This document shows, piece after piece, positions 34,111 through 46,761 of a stretch of DNA of 64,000 bases. The translations under genes were made by a program, and so were the position numbers. The notes beneath the pieces were generated by a model, which was not told the origin of the DNA, made no database searches, and was given only the letters and a program-made list of their open reading frames with translations. Every line of letters starts with the position of its first letter. Position 1 is the stretch's first letter. Source of the DNA: Podarcis filfolensis (taxonomy: Eukaryota); NCBI GenBank assembly GCA_964270895.1, contig OZ185437.1; one strand, given 5' to 3'.

Positions 34111-36178
34111 ATGATACTAGATTGTTATAGTTTTATATAATGCAATTGTATGTGCTTAGCTTATATATATTTCTTTGCTGCTGTGTGATGATTTTTATTC
34201 TGGAAAGTAGGATATAAAATAAATATGTTGCCCTCTAATGTTCCTGTGGCAAGTAAAAATGTTCCAACGTAGATGGATGCAAAGTGTCATTTCTGCAATT
34301 ATAACATGCTGAAGTCTACAGGGGGGGCAGAAGAATCCAGTTTTCCAATTGCACTTGAGTGTGGGAGAACAAGCGCTACTATGCTGGCAGAATGTACAAT
34401 GTATTGTATGCCTACCCAGCCCACCAGGGGATATACAAAAAAAATAAAATCCCAGATTGTAGCCACACACACCCAGCATCCATTCTTCTGCAATTATTTG
34501 GGTCCCAAGTCATTTAGAGCTTTGTAGGGCATTAGTAATACATTGAGTCAGACTTCATAGCACACAGCAGCCCATGCAGAATTTCTTAGGATGAGTATTG
34601 CATGATTCCATCTTACTTCTCCAGATGCCACCCGTGGCAGTTGCATTCTGCACTTGCTGCTGCCTCTGGCCCATGTTCAAGCTGAGCTTTCAAAATGTGT
34701 TGCAAGCAACCCAAATGCAAAGCATGAGTTAATGATACTGGGCTTTCTTTATGTCAGCGCATTCATGGTTGTGATAGAGCAAATGTTTAAGGGAAAACTA
34801 GTCCAGCAACTTTTAATATTTATTTCTGATAGTAGGCACAATCCATAGAGATAAGAATGCCTAAATTCTGCTGAATTGCCCCCATGATTAATGGATCGTT
34901 GGTGACGTAACAGTTGAAGACTGGGCATCCTTATTTGCAAACAAAAGCTTTAGCATTCTGCTTTCATTAATGTGGAACATGTTTGTCACCAGTTTAACCC
35001 ATAAGGAACAATGGGCAGTATCCAACTAAATAGATCCACTAGTGCAAGGACTTTGGGCTATGCAAAGAAACTTTCCCTCCATCTCCTTTCACTGCCCCCC
35101 TAAATTTGTTCTAGGGGTTCCCACAGCCCCCTTGAGCAGATTTGGGGAGGGTGCAAGGGGAGAGGAGAGCAAGTTCTGTTGTTCAGGCAGAAATATCCTG
35201 GTAGTTGATCGTGAACAGGCACTTCTTGTTTATCTTGGAGCAGTTGTGGTTGTTTACCTTAAGCCTATTTAGCTTTCCCCCCTTTAAGGTAAGGTTGGTT
35301 CAATTAGTTATTTGCAGTCAGAATACACATTTTGCTTTCAGACTAAATACTGTATCTGAATCGCTATGAGTCAAATCCTAGATACTAGCTGTGCAAGTTT
35401 GCACATATCACTTTCTCCCAATTTTAATAGTTATGTTGGCCAAGCCCCCGCTGTGCCATAAAGCCAAGTATGCCTCTTAACAACCAAGGAATACCAGGGA
35501 TGAGAGATCTGAGCTCAGCCTGCAAATTCTTGCCCTGTTTAATACTAGACAATGTGCGCACATGTTTATCTTTATCGACAGCTTGTGGCAATTATGATTG
35601 TTTCAGTTTGTCTGAAGGCATTTATTCCTTGTTACAGGTGATTGTGTAATCCCTACATTACAAAAGCATTTGACTACTGATCTATGATCAGTAGGCTTTG
35701 CCCATCTTATGGAAATAGCACTCAACTAATATTTTCCATCCCACATTTGTCTTGCAGCAGTTGCCCAATATTTAATTGCTTTCTAGTTGGAAGTGAAGTT
35801 ATTCCTTGGTTCATTAGCTGCTTGAGTGGGGCAGTGTTGCTCTCCTGTCTTCCCAGCTTTGCACATCACTGCTGTTTACCAGAAGGGCGAGGACCAGGAA
35901 ATGGGAGCTTAGTGTTGGCACAATATTGGACTGGCTCTACTGCTGTGCCTGTGTAAAGTTCTGATGGCCAATAGTGACTTGGTTGGTTCTGTTAAAAACA
36001 GTTTTGATTATTATTTAGTTGATTTGATGATTTCCTTAGAAAATAATATTTATGAAAGTTTCCATAATGCTGACAAAGTTCCATGTAGCATAGCCCATCT
36101 ATGGAGCGGTTACAGTTCATATTAACAAGGTACAATAATTTAATCTCTCTTTGCCTCTGGTTATCCCACTAGTAGGTA

Positions 36179-36392
36179 CAGTGGTACCTCGGGTTAAGTA
36201 CTTAATTCGTTCCAGAGGTCCGTTCTTAACCTGAAACGGTTCTTAACCTGAAGCACCACTTTAGCTAATGGGGCCTCCTGCTGCTGCCATGCCTGAAGCA
36301 AAGTTCTTAACCGAGGTAATATTTCTGGGTTAGCGGAGTCTGTAACCTGAAGCGTGTGTAACCTGAAGCGTATGTAACCCAAGGTACCACTG
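36179..36392. mobile_element. Tigger-like MITE family 1, reverse orientation
   Basis: TA-flanked CAGTGGTACC TIRs; two 16-bp subterminal repeats. Confidence 0.92.
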
Positions 36393-37859
36393 TACTGAAA
36401 TAAGGTTTGAAAAACAGTCTTGATTTAGCTATTGATAATAGTGATTTTGTGTATACTTTTTACTCATAGTTTCCCCAGTGTTTGTGTGAATATTCAAACA
36501 GATTCCTGTTGTCTCCACATTTTAACTGAGTTTGCTGCTCAATTAGAATTAAGTTATTGTAGCCTGTCAGAGACATTCCTGATTCTTGTGAAGAACTTAA
36601 TGACTGCAAGTACTAACTCTTAAGCTACCATTGAAGGCACCAGAGAACAGAATATGCATAGAACATTTTAATCAAAGAGTAACTTCATCCAATTGGCTTG
36701 AATCCCAAACATTCCCCACATTATGAATATGGACAGTTAATTAATCCTGTTACTACGTATGTACGTGCATGCTTGTCACCCTTGGGGGGGGGGGGAGAGA
36801 GAGTTCTCCAGCGGAGTCTGTAATATTTATCCTCCAGTGACCATTCTCAAATACTTTATATCATTGTGATGGTTGATAAAATGCTGTTTTCTTGGCAGGT
36901 ATCAATATCGTCTGGTCTGGCTCAGTAGACAAACAACTGCGTCTTTAAAATCTTACTGCTTTAACAAATATCAATATCTGATCAATAAAATGCATTTTTA
37001 GCTGAAGAAAGAAGCTTACACCAGTTTGCAGGAGAAGATATTGATTTTCTGTTAGATGCAAAAATCCTTTATTTTTAGATCTTGCTAATGCTGTTAGTGT
37101 ATATTGAGGATGAAGGAAATTAGAAGGTTTATTTTTGTGGATCAGAAGCACTGTTGTTATACAATTCATTTTTACAGAAGGAAAGGAAAAAGCTAGCTGG
37201 GAAAGAAGCTGCTTGTGAAGCTTAAGAAAGAAACTTTAGGCTTCTGCTACTATATGTAAACTAGAATTCTTGCTAATCTACAGAAGTTGAGCATCAGCAA
37301 TGTTCTGTTGCTGTGTCTGGTCTCACAACTCTAACCACTACACCACACTAAGCTTATTGTTAAAATCTACCTACCTTCTCTGCGATGTACCCATGTATTT
37401 TCTATTGTGTCACTTTATTTTTCTTCCTCTGATCATTCTTACTCCATTTAACAAAGGTAGGCATTTTCAAATACGTTTTCTGTCTTCTAGAAGGTAATAC
37501 CTTTCATTCTCTTTTCCTTCAGCCTGGCTTTGTCTCATGTATACTATTTTCCCATTTTTATTACTCCTCTTACTTTTTTGTGTATAAAATAGATGGCAAG
37601 CCTGCAGATAATTTATGTTGACAGCATATTAAATATTGCTGTTTATTAATGTGCACTTTGGAGGCCAAGTAAGCATCATAAGAGCAGTAGTAAACATGGT
37701 GACCTTTATTGATGTCCTTTGCACATTTTTTTTAAAATATGGAGATCACTTAGCAGTATCTACATACATTTAGTCCAGTAGCACCTTAGAGACCAACTAA
37801 GTTTGTTAAGCCAAATCATAGCTTAGCATGCACAAGTAAATGTGCAACCTCTCGAAGAG

Positions 37860-38150
37860 GAAGCCATGGCTTAGCTTAGTGTGTGTCATCTGACCTCAGG
37901 CTTGTGATTTAGCTGTCTCCAGACAAACTATGAGCTGTAACCAAGGTTTGTCCTAGGATTTGCAGCTCATGGTTTGTGTGGGAAAGCTACGTGTGAGTCC
38001 TTGGTTAAGTCAAACCAAGCCTTAGCTCAGCTCCACACAGCAGCAGAGCAAATGAAGGAAGAGGAAAGTGGCTACAATGTCTTTCTGAGAGTCCCACACA
38101 TGCCAGGTTTATGCTAAGCCATGGTTTGGTGTTATGTATGATCAGGCCAG
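37860..38150. repeat. Old dispersed repeat with AAGCCATGGTTT-type motifs; inverted copy at ~59380-59640, related pieces at ~52120-52480 and ~60120-60245
   Basis: The reverse complement of 37900-37970 matches 59530-59600 (CCTAGGACAAAC..TGGTTACAG.TC.T.GTT.GTCTGGAGA.AGCTAAA.CA.AA.CCTGA). Confidence 0.55.
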
Positions 38151-38186
38151 TGGGTATTTCTTATCTTACGCTCGCAAGTCATTATA

Positions 38187-38412
38187 CAGTGGTACCTCGG
38201 GTTACAGATGCTTCAGGTTTCAGACTCCGCTAACCCAGAAATAGTACCTTGGGTTAAGAACTTTGCTTCAGGATGAGAACAGAAATCGAGTGGCAGCAGT
38301 GCAGTGTCAGTGGGAGGCCCCATTAGCTAAAGTGGTGCTTCAGGTTAAGAACAGTTTCAGGTTAAGAACAAACCTCCGGAACGAATTAAGTTCTTAACCT
38401 GAGGTACCACTG
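38187..38412. mobile_element. Tigger-like MITE family 1, forward orientation
   Basis: TA-flanked CAGTGGTACCTC TIRs. Confidence 0.92.
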
Positions 38413-40800
38413 TATAGCAAAGGGAAGAGCATGCACAAAGCCATTGTACTTTAAGCTATTATTGTTATTCTTAATAATAATATTCTGGAAGCAGGCTGTG
38501 TAAAGTAAAACTGAGGGCAGGAAGTGAGACTGTTTTCAAAAACATGTGTTAAAGCTTTTCCCCTAGTTAATGCAAGCATTTGTTTTCACTTTTTGTATAT
38601 AATAGGCTGATCAAATGGACAATACCTCTCATTCAGACATTTTTAAATCTCAGTTTGTTTATAGCTCAGTGCAGTTACTTTTTTAAAAATGCTGTTGTGA
38701 TGTGAGCTGCTTTGAGCTCAACATTTGTTGTTGGAGAAGCGAAATACAGATATTAAATAAATAACAACTCCGCTCATCAATATGTTTGTGTTTAAATAGC
38801 TGTGGAGCTGGAACGGGTTGGTTCTGTATTAGTGAATCAACCAAGTTTTACTCACAGTGGACCAAATGAAATTAGTGGACCTAACTTAGACATTTTCATT
38901 AATATCAATAGGTCTACTCTAAGTAAAGCATAGCTGAATAACACCTGAGTTCTATAAGGAGAATAGGTTTGAGGGCTATATGTATACACATGAATAGTTG
39001 CTGGATTAATTTACTTGCATGGGAACTTACGTTTTGGCTCTGTAATTTCTTTTTGTGAAAGACAGAACACAGTTGTTAAAACATAAGAGAATTTAGTTTT
39101 AAATACAGTCTTGGTAAAGCTTTGAAGAGAGATTTCAATAGTGGTAGCTCTTAATCTTAACCACTGCTTATAGGGCCAGGTTTTGCAAATGACAGCTACT
39201 TGTCTCTTCCTGGCAGAAATACTAAATGCTCAATAAAGTTTTACAGAATTTGCGCTTAGGTCATATATTACTGAGTATAAATTTCGCAGAAAACAATATG
39301 TTTAGGGTTATGCTTTAGCAAAATACCACAAGTGTTTATTCTGATCATTTAGCTCTTTTCGTGTTTTGAAATTTACACAGGCATGCTGGAATAAATGCTC
39401 ATTAATGTGGATTTAAAAAACATTTTGATTTAAATTACACCTGTGTCTGTGATAAGCCTGCACCATTTAACTGTACAATGAATGGAATTCTTGGTGCTAT
39501 TGCAGTTAAGCTATCATCTTCCCTTTGCCAGTTTTCAGTTATTTAGTTTTGACAGCTTGTGATCTTCACAACTTGTCTTAAGGTTTCTATGGCAACACAG
39601 CGTAAATGGCAATTGACACCAGAGATGTGCATGTGCATATATGGTGAGCTAATATTGCCCTGCAAACTAGAAACTTGTATGCAGGGTGCTTCTTGCTTTT
39701 CATGCCATTCCCACAGATTTCTAATGCATTTTTGCAATCACTGCATACGTTGAATCACTTTGTAGCTATGGCAAAAAGTAAATAAACTTGAATTGACCCC
39801 TTTAAATAAATGCCTGCTGATTCCTTACTTCCAGTTTGCTTTGATGCATGTCTTTTGTTTCCTTGTTCCTTATCCGATCTTCTGGTTAGACAGAATTTGG
39901 TGTGGGTTGAGGCAGTGAGGTATGAATTTGGTGGCTTGTCCTAGGAGTTGCCTGAAGATGCCAAAGCCTGGATTACAACCCCTGTATCATAGCTTGTGTA
40001 GTGACTTGAGCCTGTTTAACTTTTGTATAAGGCAGGGTAATGCTTTATGTTACGGCTGGGTTTTTGAAAAGGCAAAGTAATAGGAAGCCCAGGCTGGACA
40101 GAATTAGGCCAGATAAGCCTCCACGTTTCTCTGATGCATGATTTAAACCTGCTTTTGCCTGACAGACAAAAGCTGCAGATTTTTATTATAATATCCAACT
40201 TTTTTTTACAACACCCCCATTTTCTAAATCTATGTAGCTGAAACACCATTAAATTCTTGGAAGTGCTGACATAGGAAACTGGCTGTGCTACCTTAATGAT
40301 ACAGAGAATCATTTTGCTGCCCTCACCTCAATTTGCTGATTTACTAGCCTGCTTCTGACATCTGTTTAAAATATCATATTTATAGAGCGCTAGCTAGCTT
40401 TCATAGTTAAAGCTACTTTAAAAAAAGAGAATTGTATTGGGATCTTAATTACTCATAAAGGATGATCAGAATGAAAAATGCAGTGATATGTATTCCTATT
40501 TTGAAAATCAGGCCTGTCATTAAAATAGAAAAGCTGTTAGGGTTTCAGTTTTGTCAAATCCATTGCAGCAAGTAGGCAGCCTTAATGAATTCAGAATATA
40601 CTAATAGTGTTTCAGTATTGTATATCACTCAAGGAAACGTTTCGGTTTTTAATCAAATCTGTCTTAAGAGGAGGCTTCTTAAGTATGGCTGTATCTTGTA
40701 TTGTCCGTATTTTAGTAATGCAAATATATAACTATCAGTTCTTGAATCCAAATACCAGTTATAAGGTAGGCAAGGATGTCTGGCTCTTTAAAGTTTCTTA

Positions 40801-41298
40801 CAGGGTGAATTTGATTTAAATCAAATTGATTTAAATCACGATTTAAATCACTAGTCAGTAACACTTGATTTAAATCCTTTTTTTACAGAAAGACTCAGTC
40901 TTGCTGGTATGATCTTAATATTTACAACCATATGAAGGTCTCATTTTGGGAATAATAAATTTTCAGAGTAGTTTTTACAATTATATCAAAAATTACTGAT
41001 TTGATTGAATTAGAAATACATAAACAGATAATTATGAAATTATGGTGAGGTTTAATAAGTTAACTGTTTATATTTGGACAACTTTTCTGCTGCACTTTAT
41101 TGGAAGGAGAAAAATAATCATTTCCTTAATAACCACTTAAACAATTTATTTAACTAAAACAATAACATTATAGCATATGTATCCACGTTTGATAACTGAT
41201 GTGGTTAAACATTTTTTTTTAAAAAAAACTTGTACTGAGTTTTAGCACACATGAAAAACTTAAAACAAATCCTTATTTCCTGATGGACTATAATGTAG
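40801..41298. mobile_element. AT-rich non-autonomous DNA transposon (hAT-like), other end missing or replaced
   Basis: Starts CAGGGTG followed by four GATTTAAATC palindromic subterminal repeats; AT-rich body; followed by a different GC-richer fragment ending ACACCCCTG (~41524). Confidence 0.55.
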
Positions 41299-42204
41299 TG
41301 GAAGGTTAGCCTGACCAGGGAGGTGGTGGCCAACCTGACATTTTCAAAGGAGCTGGCATTCAGCACCAATCAGCTGACTCACCCCAAGAACAAGCCCTTT
41401 CTAGGTTACAATGTGATGTCATAATGACATCCCACCCACCTGGTCAAAGTTGGCCCTCCGGGGGGGGGGGGGGTTCAGGAGTTGGGCTTCAGTCCGCTAA
41501 ACAGATCAGAGTTCTACACCCCTGCTCTATGGTAAAAATCTACCAACTTCACAAATTCTGAAAGATTTTATTGAGCGTTCCGTATTTTACACCCAGCACA
41601 CACTTCAAAGGGCCTCCTTTTGTCAGATGCAGACTGAAAAGCGACTTACAAATTTACAGAGTGAAGGCTATGTCATGTCCATTTCCTCTATTGGAAATTC
41701 AAGCATTGTATTGAATTAGTTCTACAAAGGACTAGAGGTGAATTATTGGTTACCACACATTTGGAGGTTGATAGTTCAGCAAAAGTTGGGAGGGGAAGAC
41801 GCTGCTCCTCTCCTTGCTAATAATTACAACATAATATTCTGTACGAGACAAATGAACACTGCTCTGCTCTGGTGTTGTTTGAATTTGGCTGCCCTTAATG
41901 ATCTGTGACTTAGTTAAAATTGACACAGAGTTCTGTTTGCCTCTGGTGCTCAGTGATTGATTATAGTTGAAATAAGTACAGTGATTATGGCAAACTTCTT
42001 TCTGTTCTCAATAATGCAGAATTTGGTTTCTGCACTATTCCCATAATAACAGATCAAAATGACTATACCAAGGGGGTTAGTAGCAATGCATACACTGTAG
42101 TGGCTAACACTTTCAGGTGCACCCCTTCAATATGTGAAATAATTCAGATAGCTCATTGAGATTTTATCAGAATTATAGGTGATCAGCTCCAGGTTGGGCA
42201 AAAA

Positions 42205-42275
42205 AATCCTGCATTGCACAGGGATAGACTAGGTGACCCTCTTGGTCCTTTCCAACTCTGATTCTTTGAATCTGT
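42205..42275 (+). mobile_element. CR1 extreme 3' end
   Basis: TCCTGCATTGCACAGGGATAGACTAGGTGACCCTCTTGGTCCTTTCCAACTCTGATTCT. Confidence 0.65.
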
Positions 42276-43154
42276 GGATTCATATGCCTCTCCTGATGCT
42301 GAAATTAAGGTAATGAAAGTAAAGTAAAGAGTTGGCACATTTTGAAATCTCCAACATGCTGCCCAATTGGCTTCTGACTTGGACAAATAATTAATTGTCG
42401 GTTTGCTACAGTATTTAACTATTTTTGAAAGTATTTGTTAGCACTAGGTATAACCTTTTCTACTGTGCACTGTATTTTAAGATACACTAGCATGCTTCTG
42501 GCAGAATCTATATTTAGAATAAAACTTGACCTGACAGACGGTGTGTAAATTGTTCTACCTTTACTTTGCAGAGAACTGTCTTTTGAACGATCACCGACAT
42601 TTATCAAGTAGAAGTTATGTGAAATCATAAATCAATGATCTAGTAGAGTACTCTATCCCGGAACTTCTCCAAGTGCTAAAATGTGGAGTAGCTGAAATAA
42701 TTGGGTAGGAATGATTTACATAAATGTAAACAGGCCCTTCTTAATCTGAGTGTGAGATGGTTCAGCTAGCCTCTTAGAAATTGGGTTTGGTTTAAAAGTG
42801 GTCTTGGCCATTGTAATATTTGAAATGCCCTCCTCCGAGAGACTAACTTGGCACCTATGCTGTGGTCTTACAAGTGCCAGGTGAGTGTATGTTTTTCTAC
42901 GTCTTTTTAAAATTACAGTTCATTGGGTGCTTCAGTTTTTGCACCAAGTTCCACTTTGCTAGGTTTACTTTGGCTTTTTGCTGGGCTTTTTACTTTGTGA
43001 TTTTGCTCTGCTTTTGTTCAAATTGTGAATCGTATTTTTAATCCTACCATTATGTCAGCTGCTCAGAAAACTTGGTGGAGTGGATGGTTTAGAAGTTTTA
43101 ATTGTCATAATAATTGGAGGCAGCAAATATATATAAAGCGAACAAAAAGGAAAG

Positions 43155-43290
43155 GTAGCTGTGTTGGTCCATAAGAAAACAAAAACAAAATGCATACTGG
43201 GGCAATACCATAATTAGGCCAACCAAAATATCACAAGATACTGTGTGCAAGCTCTTTAGTTATCCAGAATTCTCTATCAGGCTAGATGGT
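43155..43290 (-). mobile_element. Penelope-like pseudo-LTR terminus, degenerate
   Basis: GTAGCTGTGTTGGTC...TTAGGCCAACCAAAATATCACAA...GCAAGCT...CAGAATTCTCTATCAGGC, with a decayed hammerhead core on the minus strand. Confidence 0.5.
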
Positions 43291-43481
43291 GAAGAAAGCA
43301 AAGGTGGAGGGAGGGGCAGAGAAGGAGAGAGAGAGAAATTGATGGTAATGCCACAAGTGCACAAGTGCCTTAATCTTAAAGAATGATGTGGGAATAGGGA
43401 GCAGACATTTGAAGGTTCTTTATCTTTTAGGTGCTTGCACATATCCAACTGCACCATTCCCTACTGGGAAGCAACATAATA

Positions 43482-43732
43482 CAGTCGTGCCTTGGTTTTC
43501 AAACAGCTTAGTTCTCAAACGTTTTGGCTCCCGAACGCCGCAAACCCGGAAGTGACTGTTCCGGTTTGTGAACTATTTTTGGAAGCCGAACGTCCAACAG
43601 GGCTTCTGTGGCTTCTGATTAGGCTGCAGGAGCTTCCTGCAGCTAATCAGAAGCCGCACTTTGGTTTCCGAAAGTTTTGGAAGTCAAACGGACTTCCAGA
43701 ATGGATTCCATTCAACTTCCAAGGTACAACTG
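43482..43732. mobile_element. Tc1/mariner (Tigger-like) MITE family 2
   Basis: TA-CAGTCGTGCCTTGG...CCAAGGTACAACTG-TA; central palindrome GGCTTCTGATTAGGCTGCAGGAGCTTCCTGCAGCTAATCAGAAGCC. Confidence 0.88.
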
Positions 43733-46624
43733 TATGACTAATTTCCAGTTGCAAAAACAAGCTGTTGGCTAGGTATGTTTCCCACCCATATTTGTTAAGT
43801 TTACATGCCACCCTTTATCTAAAGGCTACATAGCAGTTTACAGCATAATAAATAGCATAACTCATGTAGATAACACAATAGCAATAATATGTAAAAGTTA
43901 AGAACAGTTACCAGTAGTTCATAATAAGCAGTAGCATCCAATTAACAAGCAGCAGCAACAAGTTACTAATAAATTACTTCAACCACTCATATGAATGCTT
44001 ATCTGAAGAGATGTGTCTTTACCTGATTCCTAAAAAAACACCAAAGAAGTGAAGAAGATTCCTTACATCATCATTCCCACATCACCTACAAAAGGTTCTT
44101 CTACAAGGAATTCTAAAAGCAAGGAGCCATTTAAATCTGTCCAATGAAACCTACAAGATTCAAGAAAGAGGCTTTGTGACATTCCTACTGAAAACAGGAA
44201 ATGTTTTAAAACCGTTGCCCAATTCTGCCATGTGGTCTAGTTAGAACTATTTGTTGAAAGGCAATATATAAATGTGGAGGCAAGGAAATCATCACTCAAA
44301 GGGTCATAGAAGCTTGTTCCTCAAAAATGAAATTAAAAGGTGATTTCGATAACTTAGTATTCCTCATTTTGGAATATATATAAATCAGAGAAGGTTAAAT
44401 TACGGTACATCCATCTATCCCAGCACAGGAAAACCAATATGGAGTTCCTGGAAAATGCTTAACAAACTAATGCTTGGTTTTTGAATAATAGTGCTACTCT
44501 GAAAGTAGAGGTAGGTTAATCCTATGAAATGTATTTTGATCTTTATCTATTGAAATTCAGTAGGAATCTGTTTGAATTATTGACTCTCTTTTATCTGTGT
44601 AAGTGCTGCATCATTTTTTGCATCTTGTATAAATATTTTGTTACCCGCTATCAGGAATCAGTAACTGCCATAGTCAAGTTGGAAGATAAAAAGGGAATTC
44701 CTTGAAAAGGTGGCAATTGAAGATGAAATCAAGACATTGACAAGAGCACCTAATTTCTCCTTGATATTGTCAGCTAGATTTGTCTCATGTCTTTGCTTCA
44801 TCATGTGCATTATATTGCAGAATTTTATCATGTCACCTCTTATTTATTACTTTTCAATATTGCAGTGGTTTAACTTTGTGTTGGAATAGTGTTTTCTGCT
44901 TATAATATTGCTGAGTAGGTAGCAATAAAAAGATACTGACATTTGATATTAAAGCACTTGGTATAGTATTTTTGGTTCATACCAGACGTCTACAATTAAA
45001 AGGTTTTTAGTTAGCTAGCTAATGTTAATGAGTTGAAAGACTGGTAAAGGTAGTTTATAGTATATCATTATCACATGTTTATAAGGTTTGGTAAATGAAA
45101 TTGCCATACACTAGTGCATCATGTATTAAAATGTCTAAAAAGTTTTAATATAATATAATTTTAGTATAAAGGAGATCTATATTGATTGAAAGGACTGCAT
45201 TTAAAATAAAAGCAGGGAGGCATTTTGTCCCAAACGTTGCAGGGCTGTTTCTTCTGAAACATTTTCTATTGCCTGAATAGGTAGTAAAATGGAAATGTTT
45301 GACCTTGATATAAAGGATATTATTTCCTAAAGAATTTGATTTTTCCATCAAGTGATAAAATCGGAGGACATTTTTGTTAACGTTGCAGGTTACTTTTTAT
45401 ATCTGCATTTGCTTGCCACTTACCCTCTAAGTTGCTTCTTCAAGTCTCAGATGCTGTGGTGCTGCATCCCAGATTGGCTATTGAAACTAAATAGCTGACT
45501 AGTCAGAAAAAGACACAAAAATATTAATCTTCAGCTACAGAGAGAGCCAAGTCAAGGGTTGCTGTATGGAAGACACTCCTAGTTAAGTGGTTCTCATGTG
45601 GTTGGAAGAACACGTCAAGGGCACTACACACTGCCCTCACTATAGGCAGGATTCTGAAGTGCTGCCAGTGACAATTTGTATGTTAAAGTGCCATGTCGTT
45701 ATAACATCTGATTTGCTGAAGTCTCACTGCTTCCATTTCTTCCTTCATTCTCCTAGCATCTGCTTATGGTTCCTTAAGTGGCCTGACACCTGTTTAAGGC
45801 CTATGGAAATGAATTAAGTCACACTTGGTGGTAGCATTTTAAGCATTTAGTGCTTCGTATACACAACTGGTTTGTTTTTATATAATTCTTTGTAGCTGCA
45901 AGTGTTACAAATGTTGCTTGCTGAAGGTAATCATATGAATGCTGAAGGTAATCATAACAAAGCTACAATATCTGAGAGTTTCCCACAAACTGAAAGAATA
46001 ATATAAACCTCTAGTTCATGGGAAACTCAAAATACTGAAGATTTGTTATGATTCCCTTCAACAAAACCTCCCGTGTAACTTTGAACCTTTAGTTCCATCA
46101 TCTAACTTGGCAATCTAAATATTGTGTTAATGCAAATTAGTTAGGATATGACATGCAGCACAAGCGTCTATATAGTATAAATAAAATATATTCCACTTAA
46201 GGAAAACCAACAACTTGCTGTGTGTCACACAGTAATGAGAATCTCTGGATCTTGATTAAACACCAGCTGCCACATCTGAAAAAGCCTCCTGAATGCCTGG
46301 GAACAAAGTGGTTATGTTGTGCACTTATGGGATATACATTTGCTTACTTGGCTTAAGAGGAAATAGGCACCCAGGAGTCAATCATGTTGTCCATGTTCCA
46401 TCCTCACTCATGTGTAATTAGGTGAGAAGAGGATATCACACAAAACTTAAGATTTGTCATCAAAGAATAGCAAGACACCCCCTGTTGAAGGAGCAATAAT
46501 ATAATTGTAATTGTACTGTTGTAAACTGGAACTGTTATTGGGATGAACCCATTCTCTTTCTTCAATGGTAAGCTTAAGTGGTGGCCTTCAGAAATCCTGT
46601 TTACATGCCAGGAAACTGTTAGAA

Positions 46625-46761
46625 CAGCCTTTCCATGCCTTGGGGTCTCAGATGTTGGTGTTAGATTACAAACCCCATCATCCCCAGCCATCATGGCCAA
46701 CGATCAGGAGTGATAGGGTGGTAGTCGAGAAACACCTAGGGACCCAAAATTGAGAATGCTG
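46625..46761. mobile_element. Degenerate palindromic hAT MITE
   Basis: CAGCCTTTCC...GAGAATGCTG ends; TSD TGTTAGAA / TGTTTGAA (7/8). Confidence 0.65.
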
